Shown piece by piece: positions 1 through 9,810 of a stretch of DNA of 64,000 nt. Every line of letters begins with the position of its first letter. The stretch's first letter is position 1. This DNA is from Dehalococcoidia bacterium (GTDB lineage Bacteria; Chloroflexota; Dehalococcoidia; Lucifugimonadales; Lucifugimonadaceae): contig JAJEAU010000023.1 in assembly GCA_022824185.1 (NCBI GenBank), forward strand, positions 16,761-80,760, in the 5' to 3' direction. Under the pieces are notes generated by a model. That model ran no database searches, was not told the DNA's origin, and was given only the letters and a program-made list of their open reading frames with translations. The position numbers were made by a program, and so were the translations under genes.

Positions 1-312
1 ACTCTCATCCGGCGGGAGTTCCAAGACGCATTCCAAGAATTCGACGCCTTGGCAACGCCGACGTCCCCAACGGTCGCCTTTGAACTGGGCGAGAAGACGC
101 AGGATCCGTTCCAGATGTATCTAAGCGACGTCTGCACGATACCGGTCAACATCGCTGGCCTGCCCGGAATTTCGGTTTCGTGCGGTCTATCCGATGGGCT
201 CCCCGTTGGACTGCAGATCATCGCACCGCAACTCGGCGACCGAGTCGCCTTGCAGGTCGCGCATGCCTACGAGCAATCGGCAAATTGGAAGCTGACACCA
301 CCAGAGCTATGA
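1..312 (+). CDS. gatA: Glu/Asp-tRNA amidotransferase subunit A, C-terminal fragment (gene begins upstream of the window)
   Basis: Frame 1 is open from base 1 (TLIRREFQDAFQEFDALATPTSPTVAFELGEK...). The tail ...YLSDVCTIPVNIAGLPGISVSCG...GLQIIAP... matches the conserved GatA C-terminus. Confidence 0.85.
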   Translation, partial: TLIRREFQDAFQEFDALATPTSPTVAFELGEKTQDPFQMYLSDVCTIPVNIAGLPGISVSCGLSDGLPVGLQIIAPQLGDRVALQVAHAYEQSANWKLTPPEL

Positions 313-836
313 AAAACCTCACCGTTCTGAAGCCTTCACTCGCCAATTTACTCTTCGCACTCCTGATCTTGAGCATCGCTCTGATGGTCGCGTGCGAAGC
401 TGACGAGGACTCACCCGATTCAGCACCAGACGGCGAAGCAAAAGTCGCCGATCTGGACTGTTCAGATCTCGAAGAAGACCCGAACCGAGTCGGTGACGCA
501 CCATTGGGCCCACCACCGGCACTTCCCAACATCTTCACTGGAACCGCATTTGTAAATGGCGAACCGGCACCGGAAGGCGAGCAACTTTACGTGAAACTCG
601 TGACTTCACGTTCACACTCCGTCGAGATCACGGAAAACGGACAGTTCCGTAACATCATTCACGGTCCCGTCAGCGAGTTAGACCAAGACGTCGAGTTCCA
701 ATTTTGCTTGGGCGATCCCGAAGGCTTAGCCGTCAAGTCAAACGAGACTTTCGAGTTCGATGGCTCCGAACCGTTCAAAGAGTCAGAAATCGAAATCAAC
801 TTCCCGATGCTGCCTGACGAGTTGAGTGCGCCGTAA
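309..836 (+). CDS. Putative lipoprotein, unknown function
   Basis: The ATG at 309 overlaps the gatA stop (ATGA). The N-terminus MKNLTVLKPSLANLLFALLILSIALMVAC has a signal peptide with a lipobox-like Cys. The longer ORF-track start at 180 lies inside gatA and is rejected. Confidence 0.6.
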   Translation: MKNLTVLKPSLANLLFALLILSIALMVACEADEDSPDSAPDGEAKVADLDCSDLEEDPNRVGDAPLGPPPALPNIFTGTAFVNGEPAPEGEQLYVKLVTSRSHSVEITENGQFRNIIHGPVSELDQDVEFQFCLGDPEGLAVKSNETFEFDGSEPFKESEIEINFPMLPDELSAP

Positions 837-1357
837 TGCTCCTCGAACTTGACGGAGTCAAACCGCAGGTCCATGAGACGGCATTTGTAAGCGAGCAAGC
901 CTCAGTTATCGGCGACGTTCGCATCGGCCCTAACTCCAGCGTCTGGCACGGTGCAGTCATCCGCGCCGACAGTGGAACCATCACCATCGGCGAAGGGTCG
1001 AATGTTCAGGACAACTCCGTCATTCATGCCGATGACGACGCATCCATCGGCGACGGAGTAACCATTGGTCACGGCGTAGTCTGCCACGGCAAGACTATCG
1101 GCGACGGTTGTCTCCTCGGAAACGGATCAGTTCTCAACGACGGCGTGGTTTTGGGGAAGGGATGCCTAGTCGCGGCAGGCTCCGTCATCCCTGAAAACTC
1201 CGTCTTCGACGACGACCAACTCATCCGAGGCGTGCCCGGCAAAGCGATCGGCCGTCTTCGCTCCCGACATCAAGAACTCCAAAAGCGCGCTGCTCTTTCG
1301 TACGTCAACCGTATCGAGCGCTACAAACGCTCATCGTCCCCCAGCAACCCGCTTTAA
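836..1357 (+). CDS. Gamma-carbonic-anhydrase-family / hexapeptide-repeat protein (YrdA/PaaY-like)
   Basis: Left-handed beta-helix hexapeptide pattern (VIGDVRIGPNSSVWHGAVIRADSGTITIGEGSNVQDNSVIH...GDGVTIGHGVVCHG). The start overlaps the upstream stop (TAATG). Confidence 0.8.
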   Translation: MLLELDGVKPQVHETAFVSEQASVIGDVRIGPNSSVWHGAVIRADSGTITIGEGSNVQDNSVIHADDDASIGDGVTIGHGVVCHGKTIGDGCLLGNGSVLNDGVVLGKGCLVAAGSVIPENSVFDDDQLIRGVPGKAIGRLRSRHQELQKRAALSYVNRIERYKRSSSPSNPL

Positions 1358-1403
1358 CATTCGGACTTCCCGGGGCGTCAGGAACCTGGGCGATAGACGC
1401 CGA

Positions 1404-3077
1404 TCACATGCGCTCGGGCGCGTTCATACCCATTATGTTCAGCGTGCCCGCCAACACGATCCGCGCCGCATCGACTAGCAGCAGGCGCGCCTTAGTCAAC
1501 TCCGCGTCCGCCGGATCGCTCGAAATCACACGGCACGCCTCGTAGAAGCGCTGCAACTCCCGTGCGACCTCGTATGCGAAATGCGGCATGTGATGCGGCT
1601 CCAACATCTCTGCGGATCGAGCAATCACGTCAGGCAGCTCGTTCAACCGCCGCATCAACGCCAGTTCGTGTGCGTTCGTCAATAACGAAACATCGCCATC
1701 CTCGAATGCGATCTTCCGTTCTGCCGCGGAACGCAGGATCGCACACAGCCGCGCATGTGCGTACTGGACGTAGAAGACTGGGTTTTCCGAAGTCTCCTTC
1801 TTGGCAAGCTCGAGATCGAACTCCATGTGAGTCCCCGGAGTCCGCTCCAAAAAGATGTAGTGGCAGGCATCCGGACCAACCGCATCCAATAGATCATCAG
1901 CAGCGATGAAGTTGTCCTTGCGCTTGTTGAAGCGCACAGTCTCGTCGCCCTTTTTGAAATTCACGATCTGGTTGATAATGATCGTCAAGTTATCCGGATC
2001 AACGCCCAGAGAATCCACTACCGCTTTCATCCGAGCGATGTGTCCATGGTGATCAGCACCCCAAACGTTGATGACCCGTTCGAAACCACGTTTCACGAAC
2101 TTGTTGTAGTGATATGCGATATCGGTTCCGAAGTAGGACGGCCCGCGTTCCTCCGACCGGATGATGACGCTATCGCTCTCCAACCCCATCTTTGTCCCAA
2201 GGAACCACAACGCGCCTTCTCGCTCCGATACGTATCCTCGTTCCTTCAACAGATCCAACGAATTGTCGAAGTCGTCGCCACTGATCAAGGATTGCTCGCT
2301 GAACCATTCGTCGTACTCGATCCCCATCCGTCCTAACGTCGACCGAATATTTTCCAAAGTCTTGCTCAATGCCTGAGGCCCAATGACGCTCATGACGCCG
2401 TGCGCACTCATCCCGTCCAGATCGTTCCCAAACTCCCCGTAGAGATCCTTGCCCAATTCAGCGACGAACTCCCCGGGGTACGACTCGGCCGGTAACTCCA
2501 TGTCCTTGCCTTGAGCCTGCATAAACCTCACATACACAGACTCCGAGAAGATTCGCATCTGATTGCCGGCATCGTTCACGTAGTACTCACGCTGGACGTC
2601 GTACCCTGCCGCTTCCAAGATGTTCGCAATCCCGTTGCCGATCGCTGCCCCGCGCACGTGCCCGATGTGCAATGGTCCAGTCGGGTTCACGCTCACAAAC
2701 TCGACTTGCACTTTTTGACCTGCGCCCACGTCCAAATGCGCAAACTCTACGCCCGACTCTCGAATCACATTGACCTGCGACCGAAGCCAACCGTCATCCA
2801 ACTTGAAATTGATGAATCCCGGGCCAGCAATGCTGACGTCGCACACCAACGAGGACGGAGACACCGCGTCGGCGATCTTTGAGGCAATATCCCTCGGCGC
2901 CATCCTCATGCTCGACGCCAAAGTCAGGGCTAAGCTAGTGCTGTAGTCGCCGTGGTCCGAGTTCTTCGGTCGCTCCACAGTCGCGGTGACATCACCGACG
3001 CGCGGCAGATCTTCGGCCGCAATCGCCGACTGTAAAGCTGAAACAACAATCTGTGCTATCTCTTTTTGCGGGTGCAT
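1404..3077 (-). CDS. argS: Arginine--tRNA ligase
   Basis: Class I HIGH motif (NPTGPLHIGHVRGAAIGN). ArgS-type N-terminal domain and the characteristic C-terminal ...LNIMGMNAPERM. Start placed at ATG 3077 (MHPQKEIAQIV...); the ORF extends to 3107. Confidence 0.92.
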   Translation of the reverse strand: MHPQKEIAQIVVSALQSAIAAEDLPRVGDVTATVERPKNSDHGDYSTSLALTLASSMRMAPRDIASKIADAVSPSSLVCDVSIAGPGFINFKLDDGWLRSQVNVIRESGVEFAHLDVGAGQKVQVEFVSVNPTGPLHIGHVRGAAIGNGIANILEAAGYDVQREYYVNDAGNQMRIFSESVYVRFMQAQGKDMELPAESYPGEFVAELGKDLYGEFGNDLDGMSAHGVMSVIGPQALSKTLENIRSTLGRMGIEYDEWFSEQSLISGDDFDNSLDLLKERGYVSEREGALWFLGTKMGLESDSVIIRSEERGPSYFGTDIAYHYNKFVKRGFERVINVWGADHHGHIARMKAVVDSLGVDPDNLTIIINQIVNFKKGDETVRFNKRKDNFIAADDLLDAVGPDACHYIFLERTPGTHMEFDLELAKKETSENPVFYVQYAHARLCAILRSAAERKIAFEDGDVSLLTNAHELALMRRLNELPDVIARSAEMLEPHHMPHFAYEVARELQRFYEACRVISSDPADAELTKARLLLVDAARIVLAGTLNIMGMNAPERM

Positions 3078-3248
3078 ACTATCCCAATCTGATACCCGAA
3101 CGCGCAACCACTGGATCGAGGCCGCACGTGTATCCTGCTATCACACCAACTTGCGTACATATATAAGGATAAGAAACCAAATCCAATCGCCAAAACCTGC
3201 CCAAAGAACCCCCAAAGCACCACTTTTTCCTGTGAGACCAAAATCACC

Positions 3249-3461
3249 ATGAATGACGCCGAAATCGAACAACGCGCCGAGACCATCAAAGCCAATGGCA
3301 TCCGAGTAGGCATCCCCGTCTCCGACGACCACGCAAGATTGGCCGCCACGTGGGGCGACCCTACTCTCTCGGCCGTCGACACGGTCCGGAGCCTCGACTA
3401 TCAGAAACACGAACCCGGCGCCGTTTTTCGGCCCGTCGTGCTGTCTGACGATTCCAACTAA
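3249..3461 (+). CDS. Small GatC/AtzG-like (DUF4089-like) protein, putative amidase partner
   Basis: 70-codon ORF with the local C-ending codon bias that ends 11 nt before the amidase gene. The tail ...LDYQKHEPGAVFRPVVL resembles the EPAxxFxP ending of GatC-like small subunits (recalled from memory, not verified). Confidence 0.5.
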   Translation: MNDAEIEQRAETIKANGIRVGIPVSDDHARLAATWGDPTLSAVDTVRSLDYQKHEPGAVFRPVVLSDDSN

Positions 3462-3472
3462 AAGGTGGAGTT

Positions 3473-4900
3473 ATGCCCAACAACCGAGAAGACTTGGCCT
3501 TCGCATCGATCCACGAGCTGGCCCCAAAAATCGCAGACGGCACGATCTCCCCAGTTGAACTAACCGAGATCGCTCTGGATCGTATCGCCCAGTTCAACGA
3601 CGTTCTTAACGCATTCATCGACGTTTGGGATGAGGAGTCGCTGTCCGCCGCCCGGCGAGCTGAAGCCGAAATCGCTGATGGTCGCCACCGCGGGCCACTC
3701 CACGGCATCCCCATCGCCCTCAAAGATCTCGTCGACGTTGCTGGAAAAGTCACAACCGGCGGCTCTCGTGTTCTCAAAAACAACGTCGCAACCAAAAACG
3801 CCACCATCGCCGACCGCTTCAACGACGCTGGAGCGATCACAATCGGCAAAACTCACCTGGTCGAATTCGCCTTTGGACCCACCGGAGTAAATCCGCACAT
3901 GGGGGACGTCCACAACCCGTGGGACCTCTCCCGAATCACCGGCGGTTCCAGCAGCGGCTCTGGTTCAGCCGTAGCCGCAGGGCTTGTCTACGGTGCGATC
4001 GGCTCCGACACCGGCGGCAGCATCCGAATGCCCGCGTCGCTATGCGGCATCGCCGGCATCAAACCCACATACGGGCGCGTGCCCCGAACCGGAGTCCTTG
4101 ACCTGTCATGGAGCAGCGACCACGTCGGCCCCATGACGCGACGCACCGCAGACTGCGCCCACGTCCTCAACGCAATCGCCGGCCACGATCCGCTCGACAA
4201 CGCATCCGCAAATGTCCCGGTCCCCGATTTCGCCGCCGACCTCGATAAAGGCCTAGATGGCATCCGCGTAGGCGTCCCCGAGCACTACTTCTTCGATCCC
4301 GACATCGTCGACCCCGAAGTCTTAACGGCTGTGAATGCCGCTATTCAACTCTTGGATCGCAATGGCGCCGAGACGATCCCGATCCCTATGCCTTGGGTCG
4401 GTGACGGTCGGGCCATCAATCAAGCCATCGTTCTCCCTGAAGCCGTTGCCGTCCACGAAAAACTCCTGGCAGAACACGCTGACGACTACACCCCTGCCGT
4501 CCGCAGCCGTATCCAAGCAGGCCTAGCAATCCCCGCCATCGACTACATCAGGGCCCAACGGGCTCGTCAAATGTTTGCCGAAAAGATGGCGCACGCCACA
4601 AGCCATGTCGATGTCATCGCGACACCATCCATCCCGCCACGCGCACCTACGATCGCCGAATGCACCCCATCTCCCGGCCAGGTCATCGCCGAAAAAGGCG
4701 GCGATGTCCCGCTCTTCACCTCCATCGCCGATGTCACTGGACAGCCTTCTCACTCGGTACTTTGCGGTTTCGATTCGGGCGGAATGCCCATCGGCCTGAT
4801 GATCACCGGCAAAGCCTTCGACGAAGCAACTGTCCTCCGAGTCGGCCACGCCTACGAAGAACTCGCAGGATGGCATTCGCGCAGACCCTCGCTCGCCTGA
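3473..4900 (+). CDS. Amidase-signature family amidase (GatA/AtzE-like paralogue)
   Basis: Amidase signature ...ITGGSSSGSGSAVAAGLVYGAIGSDTGGSIRMPASLCGIAGIKPTYGRV. Strong SD AAGGTGGAG upstream of the ATG. Confidence 0.9.
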   Translation: MPNNREDLAFASIHELAPKIADGTISPVELTEIALDRIAQFNDVLNAFIDVWDEESLSAARRAEAEIADGRHRGPLHGIPIALKDLVDVAGKVTTGGSRVLKNNVATKNATIADRFNDAGAITIGKTHLVEFAFGPTGVNPHMGDVHNPWDLSRITGGSSSGSGSAVAAGLVYGAIGSDTGGSIRMPASLCGIAGIKPTYGRVPRTGVLDLSWSSDHVGPMTRRTADCAHVLNAIAGHDPLDNASANVPVPDFAADLDKGLDGIRVGVPEHYFFDPDIVDPEVLTAVNAAIQLLDRNGAETIPIPMPWVGDGRAINQAIVLPEAVAVHEKLLAEHADDYTPAVRSRIQAGLAIPAIDYIRAQRARQMFAEKMAHATSHVDVIATPSIPPRAPTIAECTPSPGQVIAEKGGDVPLFTSIADVTGQPSHSVLCGFDSGGMPIGLMITGKAFDEATVLRVGHAYEELAGWHSRRPSLA

Positions 4901-5026
4901 CTTGATATCCCCTCACTGTTTCAGAGAAATATGTGAGCTCCCGACCGCATCCCCATGCACGCCGAAAGCGAATCTCCACATCCAAAACGCCGACCGCGCT
5001 CCGATCGTCGTGTCGACCGTCCGTCG

Positions 5027-5545
5027 ATGCGCAAAGAACGTGGCTTTGCCTGCATCGCTCTTGATCGACCAACCGACCCCGTAAACGTAGGTCACGCACT
5101 CCGAGCCGCGTTTTGCTTCGATGCGAGATTAGTGATCATCGGTGGCGATGCTCCCGGCATCCGACTCCCGAAGCTCCACACCGACCCGATGCGCTCATTC
5201 CGGCACATCCCGGTCATCAGATCAAAAAACCTCTTACAAGCCGTCCCGGAATCCACGACTATCGTCGGCGTCGAACTCTCTGACGACGCTTCGACTTTGA
5301 TGGACTTCCAACATCCGGAACGCGCTTGTTACGTGTTCGGCCCGGAAAACGGTTCGATATCTAACGAAACCCTGTCCCGTTGCGACCATAAAGTCATGAT
5401 CCCCACCATGGCGTCGCTCAACTTGGGCATGACCGTCAACATCGTCATGTATGACCGCCTTGCCAAAGCGTGGCCCAAGGTGCAATCGAGACTCGGACGC
5501 ATCGACCAGAGCGTCGCACACACATTACTCGGAAACAACGGGTGA
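5027..5545 (+). CDS. SpoU/TrmH-family RNA 2'-O-methyltransferase
   Basis: SPOUT C-terminal motifs (YVFGPENGSISNETLSRCDHKVMIPTMASLNLGMTVNIVMYD). Start set to ATG 5027 because the upstream part of the ORF is Arg/Pro-rich and unlike the family. Confidence 0.7.
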   Translation: MRKERGFACIALDRPTDPVNVGHALRAAFCFDARLVIIGGDAPGIRLPKLHTDPMRSFRHIPVIRSKNLLQAVPESTTIVGVELSDDASTLMDFQHPERACYVFGPENGSISNETLSRCDHKVMIPTMASLNLGMTVNIVMYDRLAKAWPKVQSRLGRIDQSVAHTLLGNNG

Positions 5546-6876
5546 ATCTCTTCAGATCCTCTCGTCGAGCGCCGTTGACCGGCCATTACTACGGCTGGTA
5601 CATGCTGGCTGGCGCTTCCGTCATGAACGCCCTCGGCGGCACGATCGTTTGGCAAGGTTTCGCAGTCTTCTTCATTCCCGTAGCAGAATCGCTCGGGATC
5701 CAATACTGGCAGACCTCTCTCGCCTTCGCCCTGGCCCGAGCCGAAAACGGTGTTCTCGGACCCATCACTGGATGGGCATTGGACAAGTTCGGATACATCC
5801 CGCTCATCCTAGGCGGCACTCTCATGACCGGCTTCGGATACATCCTCCTTTCCCGACAAGAAACCTACATAGCGTTTCTCATCGTCTACCTATGCGTCGT
5901 ATCAGTCGGTTCTTCAACCTCCTTCATGCAGGCCACCACTGCCGCCCTCAACACGTGGTTCGTCCGATACCGCGGCCTCGTCATGTCCATCAACAGCGCT
6001 GCTTTCCGACTCGGCGGCGCTATCGTTATACCGCTGCTTTCGGTTGGCGTGATCAACCTCGGTTGGCAGACTACCTCCGTCATCGTCGGCGTCATATTGG
6101 TCGTAGCGATCGCACCCCTCTCACTCCTGTTCCGACGCTCCCCCGAAAGCATGGGCCTAAAACCCGACGGCGGCGTCTCCTACACACACATGCGACGACG
6201 CATCCGCGAACGTGCAGCCACGGGTTCCGGAGGAACTGAAACGGCAGCAACTCGCCGCCACACTTCCAATGTCGCCACCGACGGAGACTTCACCACCAAA
6301 CAAGCCCTCAAGACGCCCTCATTCTGGATCCTCGTCACGGCAACAGCCCTCCGCATCTCCGTCCACGGAACCATCTTCCTCCACTTCATCCCCATCCTCG
6401 TCTCCCGCGGCGAAACCCAACAGACTGCCGCTAATCTCGTCGGCGCCATCTCACTCGCCGCTGTTCCAGTAATCATCTTCACCGGATACGTCAGCGATCG
6501 CGTTGGACGCCCCCTAATGCTCACCTTTCTCTATAGCGCATCCGCCTTGAGCCTTCTGCTAATCACCCTTGTCCATGGAACCTGGCCCATCTTCCTCGCC
6601 ATGCTCCTTTTCGTCGGCTCCGAAGCCGGCTCATCCCTCAACTGGGCGATCATCGGGGACCTCTTCGGGCGCGCTCGGTACGCGTCCATCCGAGGAATGA
6701 TGGCACCCATCTACAATGCCGCTCTCATCGTCGCTCCAGTCGCCGCCGGATATACCTTCGACCGCTTAGGCACCTACGAACCGGTCCTAATCGCCGGCAC
6801 CATCCTAATGTTCACCGCCGCGGGGGTATTCCTAATCCTCCAACCAGCGGTAAGGAGAGCGCGCCATCGAGCCTGA
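5542..6876 (+). CDS. MFS transporter (oxalate/formate-antiporter-like subfamily suspected)
   Basis: About 12 hydrophobic segments with MFS-type N-terminal organisation (YYGWYMLAGASVMNALGG...GWALDKFGY). The start is uncertain: GTG 5542 overlaps the upstream stop (GTGA), and the ORF-track ATG at 5470 lies inside the previous gene. Confidence 0.75.
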   Translation: MNLFRSSRRAPLTGHYYGWYMLAGASVMNALGGTIVWQGFAVFFIPVAESLGIQYWQTSLAFALARAENGVLGPITGWALDKFGYIPLILGGTLMTGFGYILLSRQETYIAFLIVYLCVVSVGSSTSFMQATTAALNTWFVRYRGLVMSINSAAFRLGGAIVIPLLSVGVINLGWQTTSVIVGVILVVAIAPLSLLFRRSPESMGLKPDGGVSYTHMRRRIRERAATGSGGTETAATRRHTSNVATDGDFTTKQALKTPSFWILVTATALRISVHGTIFLHFIPILVSRGETQQTAANLVGAISLAAVPVIIFTGYVSDRVGRPLMLTFLYSASALSLLLITLVHGTWPIFLAMLLFVGSEAGSSLNWAIIGDLFGRARYASIRGMMAPIYNAALIVAPVAAGYTFDRLGTYEPVLIAGTILMFTAAGVFLILQPAVRRARHRA

Positions 6877-6938
6877 AAACCCCTCATCCAACCCCGTGTT
6901 TCCAATCGACGAACCCCCACAACTCAACCCCAAGAAAT

Positions 6939-7015
6939 TGGTCGGGGCAACAGGATTTGAACCTGTGACCTCTTGACCCCCAGTCAAGTGCGCTACCAGG
7001 CTGCGCCATGCCCCG
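6939..7015 (-). tRNA. tRNA-Pro (anticodon GGG), CCA encoded
   Basis: A 77-nt cloverleaf read by hand. Acceptor CGGGGCA/TGCCCCG, D stem GCGC/GCGC, anticodon stem CTTGA/TCAAG with loop CTGGGGG, T arm ACAGG-TTCAAAT-CCTGT, then A-CCA. Confidence 0.9.
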
Positions 7016-7264
7016 ACACCGTGTCCAAAAGTGTATCAAAGCGGAACAGAACCGATTAGCGTACTGGGGGTGTCCACCTTGATAGTGGTAGCTCTGCCGA
7101 TAGTCCCTGCTGCATCTGCTACAAACAACCTCAATACTGACGATGAATAGATCGCTTCACCTAAACCATCCCCGACTTTGAGCAGAACGAATATACAATA
7201 AAGAACAGTTCTGACTTGCCGTTTCCTAAACGTCATTCTAGATCAACGGCTAACTAGAGCGAGT

Positions 7265-7290
7265 GGGCGCGAGGCGACGGCCTTGCGCCC
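7265..7290 (+). other. Strong 11-bp stem / GACG-loop hairpin in the hisS leader
   Basis: GGGCGCGAGGC-GACG-GCCTTGCGCCC (one G-T pair), about 100 nt upstream of the hisS ATG. There is no clean U-run and the function is unknown. Confidence 0.4.
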
Positions 7291-7386
7291 CACCTTTGTC
7301 TCTCCGCTGGTCTGTTCTTGTGTATCCGCGTTCTTTTGTGCCCCTGGTTCAGTTCAACTAACCTTCGCGACATAGAATCCACATAC

Positions 7387-8685
7387 ATGGCCGACCAACA
7401 ACAGAGCTTCCGCGCCCCTCGCGGAGTCGCCGACATCCTGCCTGACGACCAAACTCTCTGGCGCGCTGTCAAATCAACCGCCATTCTAACCGCACGCCAG
7501 TTCGGTTACCGGCAGATCGACACGCCCGTCTTCGAACACACCAGCCTCTTCAGGCGAGGCGTAGGCGACGAAACCGACATCGTCCAAAAGGAGATGTACT
7601 CTTTCGACGACCTCGGAGGCGAGTCCCTGACCCTCCGCCCCGAGGGCACAGCACCGGTCTGCCGTTCGTACATCGAACACGGGATGCACAACCTACCTCA
7701 ACCGGTTCGCCTCTACTACATCGCCCCGATGTTCCGATACGATCGGCCCCAAGCGGGACGCTACCGTCAGCACCACCAATTCGGATGCGAAGCCATCGGC
7801 GATCCGTCGCCCACCATCGACGCCGAAATCATTGAAATCGGCCTCCACTACATCAAAAATCTCGGCCTCTCAGACGTCACCGTTCGCATCAACTCCATCG
7901 GCGACTCCGATACCCGCCACACCTACGCTGACGAACTCCGCAACCACTACACCAGATACGCCAACGATCTGCCAAAGGTCGACCGCGATCGACTCGACCG
8001 CGCCCCACTGCGTCTCCTTGACTCCAAAGAACCCGCGACTCAAAAACTCAGCGCCGAAGCACCAAAATCCCTCGACTACCTCTCCAGCGAAGCCCGAGTG
8101 CATTGGGAGTCTCTTCTCGAAATCCTCGACAGCCTAAAAACCGCGTACCCCAAATTCAGCTACCGCATCGACCACACCTTGGTTCGGGGCCTCGACTACT
8201 ACAACCGCACCGTCTTTGAGTTTGAGCCTTCCACTGAAGGCTCACAAACCTCGCTCTTCGGCGGCGGGCGTTACGATCCCTTGATAGGTATCCTCGGTGG
8301 GAACCCTACGCCAGGCGTCGGTTTCGGCTCAGGGATCGAGCGCATCATCCTCGAAATCCAACGCCAAGAATCTCTCAACGTCGAAGATCCACCGCTCAAC
8401 GCCGTGATGGTCCACGTCGGCGAAACCGCAACCAAACGCGCCTCGTCGCTCGCCGCCGAACTCCGTAACCACGGTGTCTCTGTCCTCCTGGCGCCGTCCG
8501 GAAAATCCATGCGCGCTCAGATGCGCTACGCCAACCGCGCCAACGCCAACTACGCCATAATCCTAGGAAACCGCGAGATCGAACAAAACGCCGCAGCCAT
8601 CAAACCGCTCCAGTTCGATGGCGACCAAGATATGGTCACACTCGACGCACACAAGATCGCGAATCACATCGCCCCTGCCGATTAA
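7387..8685 (+). CDS. hisS: Histidine--tRNA ligase
   Basis: Class II HisRS motifs: FRYDRPQAGRYRQHHQFG, GGGRYD, GFGSGIERI. N-terminus MADQQQSFRAPRGVADILP. The ORF-track start at 7318 adds an implausible Cys/Trp-rich leader. Confidence 0.93.
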   Translation: MADQQQSFRAPRGVADILPDDQTLWRAVKSTAILTARQFGYRQIDTPVFEHTSLFRRGVGDETDIVQKEMYSFDDLGGESLTLRPEGTAPVCRSYIEHGMHNLPQPVRLYYIAPMFRYDRPQAGRYRQHHQFGCEAIGDPSPTIDAEIIEIGLHYIKNLGLSDVTVRINSIGDSDTRHTYADELRNHYTRYANDLPKVDRDRLDRAPLRLLDSKEPATQKLSAEAPKSLDYLSSEARVHWESLLEILDSLKTAYPKFSYRIDHTLVRGLDYYNRTVFEFEPSTEGSQTSLFGGGRYDPLIGILGGNPTPGVGFGSGIERIILEIQRQESLNVEDPPLNAVMVHVGETATKRASSLAAELRNHGVSVLLAPSGKSMRAQMRYANRANANYAIILGNREIEQNAAAIKPLQFDGDQDMVTLDAHKIANHIAPAD

Positions 8686-8691
8686 TCCGAA

Positions 8692-9792
8692 ATGCCCGAA
8701 CCTCGTACAGTCGAAGATCGTCTTCGATCCTCCCTACAAGCCGCAGCTGATCGGCAATCCGATCTCGAAGCTGAAATGTCGAAGCCCGAGATCGTCTCCG
8801 ACCGCAACAAAATGCAACGGCTCGGCAGAGAGTACTCACGCATATCCTCTCTCGTTCGCCTCCGTGACGAGTTCGATGCCGTTCGCGATGAGATCGCGGA
8901 TGCCGAGGCCATCATCGACGAAGAATCCGACGTCGATATGATCAACATGGCCCGAGACATCATCACTGACCAGCGACAGCGATACGATGCGTTGATCCAA
9001 GAAATCCAGATCGCTCTCATCCCGCGCGACGAGACTGACGATGCTGACGCTGTGCTGGAGATCCGCGCCGGAACTGGCGGCGAGGAAGCCGGACTCTTCG
9101 CGAACGAACTATTCCGCATGTATCAGCGTTTCGCCGAGAGCCACGGCTGGAAAACTTCCGTCCTCTCCCTTAACGACACCGGCATCGGCGGGATAAAGGA
9201 GGTCGTCTTCGAGATCGAGGGCGAAGGAGCATATCCGCGCCTCAAGCACGAAAGCGGCACCCACCGCGTCCAACGTGTCCCGCAAACCGAATCTCAGGGT
9301 CGCATCCACACCTCCGCCGCTACCGTCGCCGTCCTTCCGAAAGCCGAAGACATCGACGTCCATATCGACGATAAAGACCTCAAAATCGACATCTTCCACG
9401 CCGGCGGCCACGGTGGGCAAAACGTCAACAAAGTGGCAACTGCCGTGCGCATCACTCACGAACCTTCTGGCATAGTTGCCCAATGCCAAAACGAGCGCTC
9501 TCAACTCCAGAACAAGATGCAAGCCATGGACATCCTCAGAGCCCGACTCTGGGACATGGAAATCCGACGTCGCGCCTCCGAAGTAGCCGCAAACCGCAAA
9601 GCCCAAATCGGCTCTGGTGATCGTTCCGAAAAAATCCGAACCTACAACTTTCCGCAATCCAGAGTAACCGACCACCGCATCAACCTAACTTCGCATAACC
9701 TCCCCAAAATCCTCGGCGGCGACATCGACGAGTTCGTCGACGCCCTCCTCCACGAAGAGCAAACCCGCAAAATCCAAGCCGCGTCGACCTAA
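8692..9792 (+). CDS. prfA: Peptide chain release factor 1
   Basis: GGQ motif ([13 protein letters not shown]) and an RF1-type PxT tripeptide context ([17 protein letters not shown]). Confidence 0.93.
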   Translation: MPEPRTVEDRLRSSLQAAADRQSDLEAEMSKPEIVSDRNKMQRLGREYSRISSLVRLRDEFDAVRDEIADAEAIIDEESDVDMINMARDIITDQRQRYDALIQEIQIALIPRDETDDADAVLEIRAGTGGEEAGLFANELFRMYQRFAESHGWKTSVLSLNDTGIGGIKEVVFEIEGEGAYPRLKHESGTHRVQRVPQTESQGRIHTSAATVAVLPKAEDIDVHIDDKDLKIDIFHAGGHGGQNVNKVATAVRITHEPSGIVAQCQNERSQLQNKMQAMDILRARLWDMEIRRRASEVAANRKAQIGSGDRSEKIRTYNFPQSRVTDHRINLTSHNLPKILGGDIDEFVDALLHEEQTRKIQAAST

Positions 9793-9810
9793 CCCGTTAC
9801 TACTACATCA

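Noticed and set aside
7016-7386. T-box leader for hisS
   Set aside because: GAGUGGGCGCG next to the 7265-7290 hairpin loosely recalls the T-box UGGN bulge, with N=G fitting tRNA-His C73. I could not find a Stem I with a specifier loop, the AGAGA/GNUGNA K-turn or the AGUA box, and the spacing differs from the consensus. Kept only as a low-interest hairpin observation.
6939-7386. Integrated element at tRNA-Pro or tRNA-Asp (60712-60788)
   Set aside because: There is no integrase, excisionase or phage/plasmid gene, and I could find no direct repeat of the tRNA 3' end within the window. The neighbouring genes are housekeeping (hisS) or chromosomal-looking.
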